Below are positions 1 through 8,820 of a DNA stretch of 64,000 nucleotides, one piece after another. Each line of letters begins with the position of its first letter. Position 1 is the stretch's first letter. This stretch comes from Firmicutes bacterium ADurb.Bin193 (GTDB taxonomy: Bacteria; Bacillota; Clostridia; Monoglobales; Firm-18). The DNA lies in the NCBI GenBank assembly GCA_002070105.1, contig MWCQ01000012.1, forward strand, positions 6,754-70,753, in the 5' to 3' direction. Both the position numbers and the translations under genes were made by a program. Under the pieces are notes generated by a model. It was not told the origin of the DNA, searched no databases, and worked only from the letters and a program-made list of their open reading frames with translations.

Positions 1-645
1 ATCAAGCGCCTTTTGGTGTACCTCCCAGCAAATGCTGTTCTGATTATCACCGGCTGTGGTGATAAGAAAATACAGCGGCTGCATTCTTGCGTCACCGCTG
101 CCTTGGAGCATTACATCATATAATTTTCTATTCGGCTGGGTGTGGAGCTCGTCAAATATAACGCCGTGGGTGTTAAAACCATGTTTATTCGCCACATCCG
201 CTGACAGAGCCTTGTATTTACTGCCCGTCGGAACATAGGTCATAGTTTTCAAACTTGCCTGAATGCTCATTTTGTTGAAAAGCTGAGGACATCGTTTGAC
301 CATATCCATAGCAACATCGAATACGATTCGTGCCTGGTCTTTATCCGCAGCACAGCCGTACACCTCGGCTCCGGGTTCAAAATCAGCACAGAGAAGATAT
401 AGGGCAACAGCCGCCGCAAGTTCGCTTTTTCCTTGCTTTTTCGGAATCTCAATATACGCTGTATTGAACTGTCGATAACCGTTTGGTTTCAAGATTCCGA
501 ATATATCCCGTATAATCTGTTCCTGCCAGTCTATAAGTTCGAAAGGCTTGCCGTCCCATGTACCTTTGGTATGGCAGCAGAACTTCTCTATAAAACACAC
601 GGCATGGTCAGCAGCATCCTTGTCATAATAACTGTCTTTCGCCAT
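1..645 (-). CDS. terL: Phage terminase large subunit, N-terminal 215 codons (gene runs off the window start, so absent from the ORF track)
   Basis: My reverse-strand translation from ATG at 645 is in frame to base 1: MAKDSYYDKDAADHAVCFIEKFCCHTKGTWDGKPFELIDWQEQIIRDIFG...YIEIPKKQGKSELAAAVALYLL...HGVIFDELHTQP...FLITTAGDN. The Walker-A-like KKQGKS and Walker-B-like VIFDELH fit Terminase_1-type TerL. An in-frame TAG lies upstream of the ATG. Confidence 0.8.
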   Translation of the reverse strand, partial: MAKDSYYDKDAADHAVCFIEKFCCHTKGTWDGKPFELIDWQEQIIRDIFGILKPNGYRQFNTAYIEIPKKQGKSELAAAVALYLLCADFEPGAEVYGCAADKDQARIVFDVAMDMVKRCPQLFNKMSIQASLKTMTYVPTGSKYKALSADVANKHGFNTHGVIFDELHTQPNRKLYDVMLQGSGDARMQPLYFLITTAGDNQNSICWEVHQKALD

Positions 646-781
646 AAACCGTGTGGGATTGTATTTTTTGAGTTTTCTCAGATTTGCCGCCTCCTTCCGG
701 GCAAAATAAAAGACACCTTGATAGGTGCCGTACTATGAGGAACAGAGCCTTTCGGCTCTGATGCTGATAAAACTGTATTTA

Positions 782-982
782 TTATTGCTTATAACATCGG
801 TGTATCGTATCAAGTATCTTATCCTGTTCCTCGGCCGTAACGCCAATGCTATCAAGCGCCTCACGTGTGCCGCAGTCAGGGCATATCGGAGTTATATTAT
901 CCGAGCGGGATAGTGCCGGGTGTCCGATATAAGGTTTATTGCATTTGGGGCAGATGCGTATGTCCTTTTCATTTGATTTCAT
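782..982 (-). CDS. Small zinc-ribbon protein (CPKC...CPDC)
   Basis: ORF 782..1003. The internal ATG at 982 is preceded by GAGGA and abuts the stop of the upstream gene. Two CxxC pairs. A hairpin CAGAGCC-GAAA-GGCTCTG (744-761) lies downstream. Confidence 0.45.
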   Translation of the reverse strand: MKSNEKDIRICPKCNKPYIGHPALSRSDNITPICPDCGTREALDSIGVTAEEQDKILDTIHRCYKQ

Positions 983-983
983 G

Positions 984-1442
984 TTATTTTTCCTCGCTTT
1001 CATGGTAGGCTCGTATCAGAGTATTAATGTCAAAGCCGAAATTTCGGTATCCCTCAAGGCAGACCCTCATATAGTAATCTGACGGTATGCCAAGCCTTCT
1101 ATCCTCGTGCATGATGTAAATAAAGCACCTGCGTGTTCTGACCTTTTTGCTACGAATGCCTGTTATATCAAGGGTGAGTTCCTTCTTGTAATAGAAATCC
1201 GGGAATCCCTCGTAACGGTCGAGAGCGACTTCATCCTCAGCAGAGACTTCCCACACGCCGACGGGAACGCTCATGCCATCTTTGGGTTCAACAGTAAGAT
1301 ACGATCCTGTTTTGCTTCCTTTGAAAAGCAGTCTGTGATCTTTTAGCTTGGCGGTACCTACAATTCTCGCAGACGGGCATCTGTATTTCATCTGTTGTAT
1401 GTTAAGGTTGCTGCCGTAAGCCAGGTAATATCTTTTTCGCAT
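984..1442 (-). CDS. Gamma-glutamyl cyclotransferase-like (AIG2/GGACT fold) protein
   Basis: N-terminal YLAYGSNLN motif and ...LDRYEGFP... are typical of the GGCT/AIG2 family. 152 aa. Confidence 0.7.
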   Translation of the reverse strand: MRKRYYLAYGSNLNIQQMKYRCPSARIVGTAKLKDHRLLFKGSKTGSYLTVEPKDGMSVPVGVWEVSAEDEVALDRYEGFPDFYYKKELTLDITGIRSKKVRTRRCFIYIMHEDRRLGIPSDYYMRVCLEGYRNFGFDINTLIRAYHESEEK

Positions 1443-1520
1443 TAAAATGCACCTCCTACCACCTTAAGACCGCCCAAGAACTTTAGTTCTTTGCGGTCGG
1501 CGGGCCTGCGGCTAATTCCT

Positions 1521-2471
1521 TCAAGCAGCTGTTCTACCGAAGCGGAAGGCTGTGTCACCTGTGAGGTTTTTGGTGAGGAGGTTTCTTGCGGTTTCAAATT
1601 CTTCTCCGATAAAGCCGAGGCGCAGGAGCCAAGTTCTCATTGCAAATTTCTTGTTTTCCTTTTGCTGTTCTTTGGGACTTGCGGTTTTCACTGTCTTTGC
1701 CATGTTGGAAAGCGCAAGGCAAAGCTGAATGTAGCTTTTAAGCTGTCCGGCGTGAAGTCCGCCCCTGCGTTCCGCTGTCGGGTTGTCAAACTGGAAAAGT
1801 CTGAACTCTACGGTGCCCTTGGTGAAAGTGGCGTGCAGGTTGAGCATATGGTAGCGGCTGTCATTGTAATGCTGGTTTCTGCCGTAGGATGCTCCGTTGC
1901 CCTCATACCAAATGTCTGCAAGTTGCGCCATCGTTGAGGGCTTTTTCTTATTAAGCCTTGCGAGGAAGGTAGGATCAACCGTCCTGCAGTAGCGGTTAAT
2001 GCGATGGGTGTCGAGTTTCAGGGCTTCTGCTAAAAGGCTCTCGTGGCTTGCCATTATGTTGGCGAGGTTTCTGAGGGTCTGCGGTGTGTGTCCATTCGCA
2101 CCGATGTGAATGTGAACTCCGCAGCCCTGGCTTGGATTGCTGATCGCTCCGCCTTTTCTAAGAACTCTGATGAGTCCCTGCAGTGTTTCGATGTCCTCGT
2201 AGCGAAGGATTGGTGTAACCAGTTCGCATTTTTCGCTGTCTGTGCCTGCAATGCTGACATCCCTTTGAAATTTCCACTCTCTGCCTTGTGCGTCCCATGC
2301 AGAAACCGTGTAGTAACCGTTTCGTCTCGCTGTATCTTCGTATCTGCCTGTGCCGAAATACTCGGCTGCAAGTTTCGCCGCCTTTGAGCGGGTTATGTGG
2401 TTCATCTCAACTTCTACTCCAATGGTCTGTTTTTTCATCTCGGCTATCTGAGTCCTTGTTGTTTCCTTCAT
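1521..2471 (-). CDS. Amidoligase (glutamine-synthetase-like COOH-NH2 ligase; the 'putative amidoligase enzyme' family)
   Basis: GVEVEMNHI..., CELVTPIL, GCGVHIHIG, TVEFRLFQ blocks. Start chosen at ATG 2471 (MKETTRTQ), preceded by GGAGGAACAAAAA. Confidence 0.75.
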   Translation of the reverse strand: MKETTRTQIAEMKKQTIGVEVEMNHITRSKAAKLAAEYFGTGRYEDTARRNGYYTVSAWDAQGREWKFQRDVSIAGTDSEKCELVTPILRYEDIETLQGLIRVLRKGGAISNPSQGCGVHIHIGANGHTPQTLRNLANIMASHESLLAEALKLDTHRINRYCRTVDPTFLARLNKKKPSTMAQLADIWYEGNGASYGRNQHYNDSRYHMLNLHATFTKGTVEFRLFQFDNPTAERRGGLHAGQLKSYIQLCLALSNMAKTVKTASPKEQQKENKKFAMRTWLLRLGFIGEEFETARNLLTKNLTGDTAFRFGRTAA

Positions 2472-2607
2472 TTTTTGTTCCTCCGTGTCGGTTGTTTTCC
2501 CCTTAGGGTATCTGTATATTACCGTCACTTTGAGGATATATCCAGTCATTTTCGAGATATAAATCGGCATAAACTACACAATCTTACAGGGGTATTATTT
2601 GTGTATA

Positions 2608-2832
2608 TTATTCCTCGATTCTACGGCAGGAGTCTTCACCGTATACAACGTTCAGACCACAGCCGTTGTCCCATTTTACCATGATGCTTGCGGCATCGTC
2701 CACACCGATAACTGTACCTTTGGTGCCTATGGGAGGCGCTTGAACATCGTCCATGCGGACAAGTTCCACCCGGCAGCCTTTCGGATACTGCCTGCGAACC
2801 ATATCCACAATTTCTTTACTCGGAAAGTTCAT
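2608..2832 (-). CDS. DUF4314-like small protein
   Basis: YPKGCRVELVRMDDVQAPPIGTKGTVIGVDDAASIMVKWDNGCGLNVVYGEDS matches my memory of DUF4314. Start ATG 2832 follows AAGGAGG. Confidence 0.55.
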   Translation of the reverse strand: MNFPSKEIVDMVRRQYPKGCRVELVRMDDVQAPPIGTKGTVIGVDDAASIMVKWDNGCGLNVVYGEDSCRRIEE

Positions 2833-3532
2833 CTTTCGCACCTCCTTTGAAAGCAGAAGAGCCACTTAGATTCCGCAGCAGGATTTTACGTTCTTTTTTA
2901 TACTCTTCGCCGATAAAGCCGAGGCGGAGCAGAAAGCAACGAAATGCATATTTTTCGTTCTCAACTTCTTTTTCGGTGGTATTGACCCGTTTCTGATTCC
3001 TGCTCATGTCACACAGCGCGCATATGAATTTGCTGTAGGCATTGACTTCTTCCGGGTCAGGCACGGAATCAAACCATGGAAATGATATCGTATCTTCTTT
3101 GAGCTCAATGGGGATTGCCGGAATGCCGAACGCCTTGCTGATAAGACTGCCTTTGGCATCAAGCAGTTTCGTTAAGTTTCCGACCGATACCTTGTCAAGC
3201 GGAAGGGTTATAACGAGTCCCGTTTTATTGCTGATGTCGGCGCGATGCTCGCCCGTGTTTGGGCTTGTTTCCTCTACTGCATTATTCTCCAAGGGTTCAG
3301 GCTCAAAGCCCTGTTCGGCAAGCCGTGCCACAAGGTTTTCAACTTCCTCGCTGTCGGCTCTGTCATCGAGGCTGACCGCTCCATTCTTGTCTATGGTGAA
3401 GTAGCCCACTTGATAGGCCATAGACGGCATTCCGAGGTATTTTGCATCTGCCCCGGCAACTTGGCTGATTGCGCTGACGAGCTTTTTTCGCTCCGTGCCG
3501 GTCACATTGAATCTGAATGTGAATGTTGCCAT
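2816..3532 (-). CDS. Hypothetical protein; its C-terminal LLRLGFIGEE module is shared with the amidoligase
   Basis: ORF 2816..3538. ATG 3532 follows AGGAGG. C-terminus KYAFRCFLLRLGFIGEEYKKERKILLRNLSGSSAFKGG. Confidence 0.5.
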   Translation of the reverse strand: MATFTFRFNVTGTERKKLVSAISQVAGADAKYLGMPSMAYQVGYFTIDKNGAVSLDDRADSEEVENLVARLAEQGFEPEPLENNAVEETSPNTGEHRADISNKTGLVITLPLDKVSVGNLTKLLDAKGSLISKAFGIPAIPIELKEDTISFPWFDSVPDPEEVNAYSKFICALCDMSRNQKRVNTTEKEVENEKYAFRCFLLRLGFIGEEYKKERKILLRNLSGSSAFKGGAKDELSE

Positions 3533-3618
3533 GTACAAGTCCTCCTTTAATTTGGTAGTGTTATATTACCGTCAGTGTGCAGATATATCCAGTCATTTCT
3601 TTGAAATATATCACACAA

Positions 3619-5778
3619 TTATTCGGAGGATTTTTCGTTATCATTGCTGGCAGCCCACACAATGCCGGAGAGAATGAAGTATACGCACGGGAGAGCGATT
3701 CCGTTGCCCCACATCTTGTATTCCGCAGAATCGGAGTACGGGTTTTTCAGCCATGAAATTATCTGTTTCTGCGATTTGGGTTTTGAAGATGTACCGCAAA
3801 TCAATCTGTGGGTCTCGAACACATCCGACCAGAACGAAATCTCCCCGTATGTGGGAGTGTCTGTTCCAAGGTCGGCGCACCACCAGTCGGGGAACCCCTG
3901 CAGCCTTGCGCACTCTGTTGGGGTAAGGCGGCGGACGGTGTATTCCGGTTCGCATTTCGCCACAGCGCCGGGGCCTTTAGCTACGAGCGTCGGTTGTACC
4001 TCCTCAGCAACGGCCGGAGAGAATAACGCATTTTTGCCCTGGTTCATTGCATCTCTGCCGATTCCGTAGGCAGAGGGCTCATTTATGATATTGGGGTCTT
4101 TATAGTCCCGAGCCATCAATGTTGGAGATTTTTCCTCACACACCTGTGTAAATTCACCGGTAGTCATAGCATAAACCGCATGACGGTCGGCAGTGTTGAG
4201 GGTAAAGGAAATTTCCTTGTTGACACCGTCGCCCTGCGGACCGTTCTCGTCTTTGCGTCCGATCATAGAACCCTGCAGCACATAGGTTTGTTGCTTTGTC
4301 GCTGCTTTGCAAAGCGCACCGCTTTTATCACCGAGGATGCGAACCTCGTCACGTTGGTTCTGCGTGAACGGGATGCCTTCCACCACAGCAATGCCTCCCT
4401 GGTTGCAGGTAGGATTGCCTCCATTGCCGTCAAGGCAGCGGGAGGAGTCGGCTTTATAAAAACCACTGTGCGGATTGTCCGATTTCATGGAGTTGGAATC
4501 TTTGGAGCAGATGCCGTAAGCCTCAACCACGCAGTTGAAGTTGTCCTTATCCGGCATCCGCTGATTGCCGCCTGCGTTGTTTGCAGTCAGTGTGGGAGAT
4601 ACATCACTGCCGTCCCAGGATTTCGGTTCGAAAAGCGTCTGGTCATTGTTGCAAGACAGCGTGGCTGACCTGTCCTCTTGAATAAGAGCGCCTTTGCCGC
4701 CGCCGTCGCAGCCGCATCGTATCTTCAGCGTTTTTGGTGTACCTACTACGAACGGCTGATTATTGCCTCCCGTACCATAAGTGGAGAGTACAGTGGGCGC
4801 GACGTCACCCGTATCTTTGTATCGGGTATCCTGACTATGATTTTCATAAACGGTTGCTGGAACTACACCTGCGCGGAGCGTGGGAGACATCTCTTCCTCA
4901 AAACCAATTGACCGTGCTTTTGCCGAATGCTCGGTACAGAAACCCGCCGATTCCATTACGCAGGGAGGATGATGAGCTTCCGCACGGAGTGTACTGGTCA
5001 TATCATGAGTTACATCCATACGGTTTCCGCCCTGGTCGTTTAACACAACGCCTGTCTTGTCAGCGCAGTTTTCAGCACGGCAGGCAATTCCTTGCCACGA
5101 GCGGAAGCCCTCCGCAGAATACCCTGACAGGCCTTCGGACTCAAATAATATTTGTCCGGCACTCCGACCTGCAAAATCCGCGACAAGGAAGATGCGTTTT
5201 CTTCGTTGGGGCACTCCCCAAAACTGCGCATCGAGAACTCTCCATGCGACTGAAAAATCATCTCCCAGGATTTCTCCTGCGGATTCCCACTTTTTACATT
5301 CAGGAACATCGCAGGTTTCATCTTTGATTTTGCAGATAGAGTCGAGTACTGCTTTGAAATCTTCTCCCTTGTTGGAGGAGAAAGCGCCGGGGACATTTTC
5401 CCAGCAAATCCATCGCGGATACTTTCCATCGGTCGCACACCTCATTTCTTTTACAATTCGGACGGCTTCATAGAAAAGGTTGGAACGGCTGCCGTCCAGT
5501 CCCGCTCTCTTTCCGGCAACGGACATATCCTGGCAGGGACTGCCGAAAGTGATAATGTCCACCGGTTCAATCTCTCCACCGTTCATTTTGCTGACATCGC
5601 CATAGTGTTTCATAAACGGCAGGCGTTTGGTTGTAACCCTTATAGGAAAAGGCTCAACTTCCGATGCCCATACAGGCTTAATACCGGAAATAATCCCTCC
5701 CAAAGGAAAACCCCCGGAGCCGTCAAAAAGGCTGCCGAGGGTAAGTCCGCTTTCGAACACAGGCTTATTCAGTTCCAT
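3619..5778 (-). CDS. DNA (cytosine-5)-methyltransferase with an approximately 410-aa variable region
   Basis: Motifs FDGSGGF (I), GSPCQDMS (IV), ENVPG (VI), QRRKRIFLV (VIII), RRLTPTECARLQGFP (IX), GNGIALPCV (X). Start ATG 5778 (MELNK) follows GAGGAGG. Confidence 0.9.
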   Translation of the reverse strand: MELNKPVFESGLTLGSLFDGSGGFPLGGIISGIKPVWASEVEPFPIRVTTKRLPFMKHYGDVSKMNGGEIEPVDIITFGSPCQDMSVAGKRAGLDGSRSNLFYEAVRIVKEMRCATDGKYPRWICWENVPGAFSSNKGEDFKAVLDSICKIKDETCDVPECKKWESAGEILGDDFSVAWRVLDAQFWGVPQRRKRIFLVADFAGRSAGQILFESEGLSGYSAEGFRSWQGIACRAENCADKTGVVLNDQGGNRMDVTHDMTSTLRAEAHHPPCVMESAGFCTEHSAKARSIGFEEEMSPTLRAGVVPATVYENHSQDTRYKDTGDVAPTVLSTYGTGGNNQPFVVGTPKTLKIRCGCDGGGKGALIQEDRSATLSCNNDQTLFEPKSWDGSDVSPTLTANNAGGNQRMPDKDNFNCVVEAYGICSKDSNSMKSDNPHSGFYKADSSRCLDGNGGNPTCNQGGIAVVEGIPFTQNQRDEVRILGDKSGALCKAATKQQTYVLQGSMIGRKDENGPQGDGVNKEISFTLNTADRHAVYAMTTGEFTQVCEEKSPTLMARDYKDPNIINEPSAYGIGRDAMNQGKNALFSPAVAEEVQPTLVAKGPGAVAKCEPEYTVRRLTPTECARLQGFPDWWCADLGTDTPTYGEISFWSDVFETHRLICGTSSKPKSQKQIISWLKNPYSDSAEYKMWGNGIALPCVYFILSGIVWAASNDNEKSSE

Positions 5779-7009
5779 CCGTCTGCACCTCCTCGAACTT
5801 GAGAGTTTTTCCATCTCGCATGACCGTTACATTTTCGCTTGTGCCGACCTGCTCAATGTACCGTTTCACAATTACATCGCAGAATTTCTCATCAAGCTCT
5901 GCTGTATAACAGATGCGTCCGGTCTGCTCACAGGCGATAAGGGTAGACCCGCTGCCTCCGAAGGGGTCGAGTACGATAGAATTCGTAAGCGAGGAGTTCA
6001 TAATGGGGTAAGCCAAAAGCGGTATCGGTTTCATCGTGGGATGGTCTCCGTTTTTCTTCGGCTTGTCAAACTCCCATATGGTGGTTTCCTTTCTGCCGGT
6101 GTACCACTGATGTTTACCGCTTTTCTTCCAGCCGTACAGTACAGGCTCGTGCTGCCACTGATAGGGAGAACGTCCGAGTACAAGAGATTGCTTTTTCCAA
6201 ATACAGCAGCCAGACAGGTAAAACCCGGCGTCATTAAAAGCGCGACGGAAATTCAACCCTTCAGTGTCTGCATGAAACACATATATACTGGCATCATCCG
6301 CCATACAGCATTCCATGTTGGTAAAGGCGTCAAGTAGGAACTGATAGAACTTTTCATTCGCCATATTGTCATTTTTTATTTTTCCAGCTAAACCTTCGTA
6401 ATTTACGTTATATGGAGGGTCGGTTATGACAAGATTTACCCGATGGTCGCCGACAAGAATGTTATAGGTGTCCTTTTTTGTGGAGTCGCCGCAGATAAGC
6501 CTGTGCCGCCCAAGTGTCCAGATATCTCCGAGTTTCGAGAATGTCGGCTTTTGCAGTTCGGCTTCGACATCAAAGTTGTCTTCCTTCACATCAGTGTCCG
6601 TGCCGAATAGGTCAGACAGTTCCTTTTCATCAAAGCCCGTAAAGCCTAGGTCGAAACCGAGCCCCTGGAGTTCTTCCAACTCTATCTTTAGAAGTTCCTC
6701 ATCCCATCCGGCATCTAGCGCCATACGGTTGTCGGCGAGGATGTACGCTTTCTTCTGCGCATCGGTGAGATGGTCGACATATACACACGGCACCTCTGTG
6801 ATGCCCTCTTCCATAGCCGCCTGAATTCTTCCGTGTCCGGCTATGACTCCGTAGTTACGGTCGATGAGGACGGGGTTTACGAAACCGAATTCCCGTAAAG
6901 AAGAGCGGAGCTTTTTTATCTGCTCCGCCGAGTGCGTTCTTGCGTTATTCTGATAAGGCACCAGCTTGGCGATTGGCACGAGCTGCATCTCAGTCGTTGA
7001 CTTGTTCAT
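5765..7009 (-). CDS. ParB-like N-terminal domain fused to a DPPY-type (N6-adenine or N4-cytosine) DNA methyltransferase
   Basis: VPYQNNARTHS...GHGRIQAA (ParB-N-like) followed by LVITDPPYNVNY and DPFGGSGST (SAM-binding). Confidence 0.85.
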   Translation of the reverse strand: MNKSTTEMQLVPIAKLVPYQNNARTHSAEQIKKLRSSLREFGFVNPVLIDRNYGVIAGHGRIQAAMEEGITEVPCVYVDHLTDAQKKAYILADNRMALDAGWDEELLKIELEELQGLGFDLGFTGFDEKELSDLFGTDTDVKEDNFDVEAELQKPTFSKLGDIWTLGRHRLICGDSTKKDTYNILVGDHRVNLVITDPPYNVNYEGLAGKIKNDNMANEKFYQFLLDAFTNMECCMADDASIYVFHADTEGLNFRRAFNDAGFYLSGCCIWKKQSLVLGRSPYQWQHEPVLYGWKKSGKHQWYTGRKETTIWEFDKPKKNGDHPTMKPIPLLAYPIMNSSLTNSIVLDPFGGSGSTLIACEQTGRICYTAELDEKFCDVIVKRYIEQVGTSENVTVMRDGKTLKFEEVQTDGTE

Positions 7010-8159
7010 GTTTCTTCACCGCCTTTCGCAGTTCCTGTGAACAGTGGTTCCATTCCCATCTCTCGCACCCACCGAAGTGGCCGTAGGTTGATGTTGCGGA
7101 ATAATCTGTGTCTTTAAGTTTCAGGAATTCTATAATTGCGGCGGGGCGGAAGTTGAATGTATCAATAACAGCGTTTCTGATTGCAGTATTGGAATATCTG
7201 CCTGTGCCGAAAGTATCTACCTGAACAGCGACAGGGTCAGCCTTGCCGATGGCATAGGAAACAGCAACCTGGCACTTATCGGCAAGACCGCTTTGAACAA
7301 CTGAAACGGCAACGCACCTTGCCATATATGCAGCCGAGCGATCGACCTTAGTGGGGTCTTTGCCGGAAAATGCTCCGCCACCGTGAGCTCCTTCACCACC
7401 GTAGGTATCAACGATGATTTTTCTGCCGGTCAAACCTGTGTCCGCAACGGGACCGCCCTTAACAAATCTGCCGGATGGGTTGACAAGGATTTCTGTATCA
7501 TTGTCAAAAGGAAAATCCTCAAACACAGGCCATAGGACATTTGCAATAATCTCACTTCGGAGAGCATCAAGGTCTTTATCTTTGGAATGCTGAACAGATA
7601 CCACTATTGCCTTAACACGCACGGGTTTTCCGTTTTCATACTGAACGGTCACCTGTGCTTTGCCGTCGGAGAAGATGCCTTTGATAGTCCCATCTTCGCG
7701 AACCTTGTCGAGCCTTTTGCATATCCGGTGGGCCAGTTCCAACGGGAGAGGAATAAGGGATTTGGTTTCGTTGGTAGCATAACCGTAAACCGTACCCTGG
7801 TCTCCTGCACCGATAGTGGAATACCAGGAGGTGTCTCCGTTTCTTGATTCAAGAGCTCTCGATACTCCACCGTCAATATCCTCGGACTGTTTATGCACAT
7901 ACACATAAATCAAGTATTGCATTGGATTGTATCCGGCTTTACGCAACGCCTGCCGAGTGATAAACCGGATATCCACACGCTTTGAGCAGGTGATTTCTCC
8001 CGCTACGATAATTTTATGTCCCGTTGCCATGACCTCACAGGCTACACGGGAGGATTTGTCGAGCCGCAGACACTCGTCCAGAATGCTGTCGGCAATAAGG
8101 TCACACAGTTTATCCGGGTGACCGATGCATACGCTTTCGCAGGTTTTATATGTGGTCAT
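6990..8159 (-). CDS. metK: S-adenosylmethionine synthetase
   Basis: GHPDKLCDLIADSILD, GAGDQGTVYGYA, GGGAFSGKDPTKVDRSAAY. Start ATG 8159 (MTTYKT) lies directly after the terS stop (8161). Confidence 0.9.
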   Translation of the reverse strand: MTTYKTCESVCIGHPDKLCDLIADSILDECLRLDKSSRVACEVMATGHKIIVAGEITCSKRVDIRFITRQALRKAGYNPMQYLIYVYVHKQSEDIDGGVSRALESRNGDTSWYSTIGAGDQGTVYGYATNETKSLIPLPLELAHRICKRLDKVREDGTIKGIFSDGKAQVTVQYENGKPVRVKAIVVSVQHSKDKDLDALRSEIIANVLWPVFEDFPFDNDTEILVNPSGRFVKGGPVADTGLTGRKIIVDTYGGEGAHGGGAFSGKDPTKVDRSAAYMARCVAVSVVQSGLADKCQVAVSYAIGKADPVAVQVDTFGTGRYSNTAIRNAVIDTFNFRPAAIIEFLKLKDTDYSATSTYGHFGGCERWEWNHCSQELRKAVKKHEQVND

Positions 8160-8160
8160 G

Positions 8161-8757
8161 TTAAAACCCCTTTCTCTGATGAAGCAGTCGTTCCAAATCA
8201 TCATTAGGGTTTGCGCCGCTGAAATCCACGGTACAATTCTCCTTGACGATTTGCATGATGGCATCCCACTGACGGGCTGCCTGGTTCATATAGTTGATTC
8301 CGATGTTTATAAACGGAGAAGCAATAGGCTTCCCGGTTGTCGGATGTTTTGAAAGAAAACCGAGTTCATTGGTCATCTCCTCGCATTGAAGCCATCGCGC
8401 CACGCACATGGCGTAACGCTCTATTGTCTGGGTAGATACATAGGATGCACAGCCGATATTGTTTAGCCACTGCCATGTTTCCTCGTATAACTCCTTTGCG
8501 CGCAGTTCGGTGCCATCGCGCTGTTTTGCCGAGAGTATGTCTTTCGGCTTCGGCATTGCCGCTCCTTCAACATCGGGAATATCCAGAACGGTCAGTTTTC
8601 TGCCGCCAGGATTGCCGTTCAAAGCTTTTTCTGTCACAGCCTTTTTTTTGCGTCCGGCACCGGGTCTTTTGCCTCCGCGTCCGCCGGTGTTATTAGATTT
8701 TGTAGGCATTTTATCACCGCCTTCCATATCACCCTTTTGATTTCGCTTTTTATTCAC
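8161..8757 (-). CDS. terS: Terminase small subunit (P27-like)
   Basis: Basic, Gly-rich N-terminus (GGRGGKRPGAGRKKK), then ...ELYEETWQWLN...IERYAMCVARW... as in P27-family TerS. Sits directly downstream of an HNH gene. Confidence 0.7.
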   Translation of the reverse strand: MNKKRNQKGDMEGGDKMPTKSNNTGGRGGKRPGAGRKKKAVTEKALNGNPGGRKLTVLDIPDVEGAAMPKPKDILSAKQRDGTELRAKELYEETWQWLNNIGCASYVSTQTIERYAMCVARWLQCEEMTNELGFLSKHPTTGKPIASPFINIGINYMNQAARQWDAIMQIVKENCTVDFSGANPNDDLERLLHQRKGF

Positions 8758-8820
8758 ACGAAGCCCCGCGCCGTTCTCCCGGCTTCAAAACCGTAGAGAT
8801 TAGACCGCCCCTACGGGCCG

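Noticed and set aside
4180-5473. Several 130-200-aa plus-strand ORFs (4180..4668, 4734..5327, 5057..5473) and minus-strand alternative-frame ORFs
   Set aside because: All lie inside the C5-methyltransferase gene, whose motifs I-X are in one continuous minus-strand frame. They are typical shadow ORFs of GC-richer DNA.
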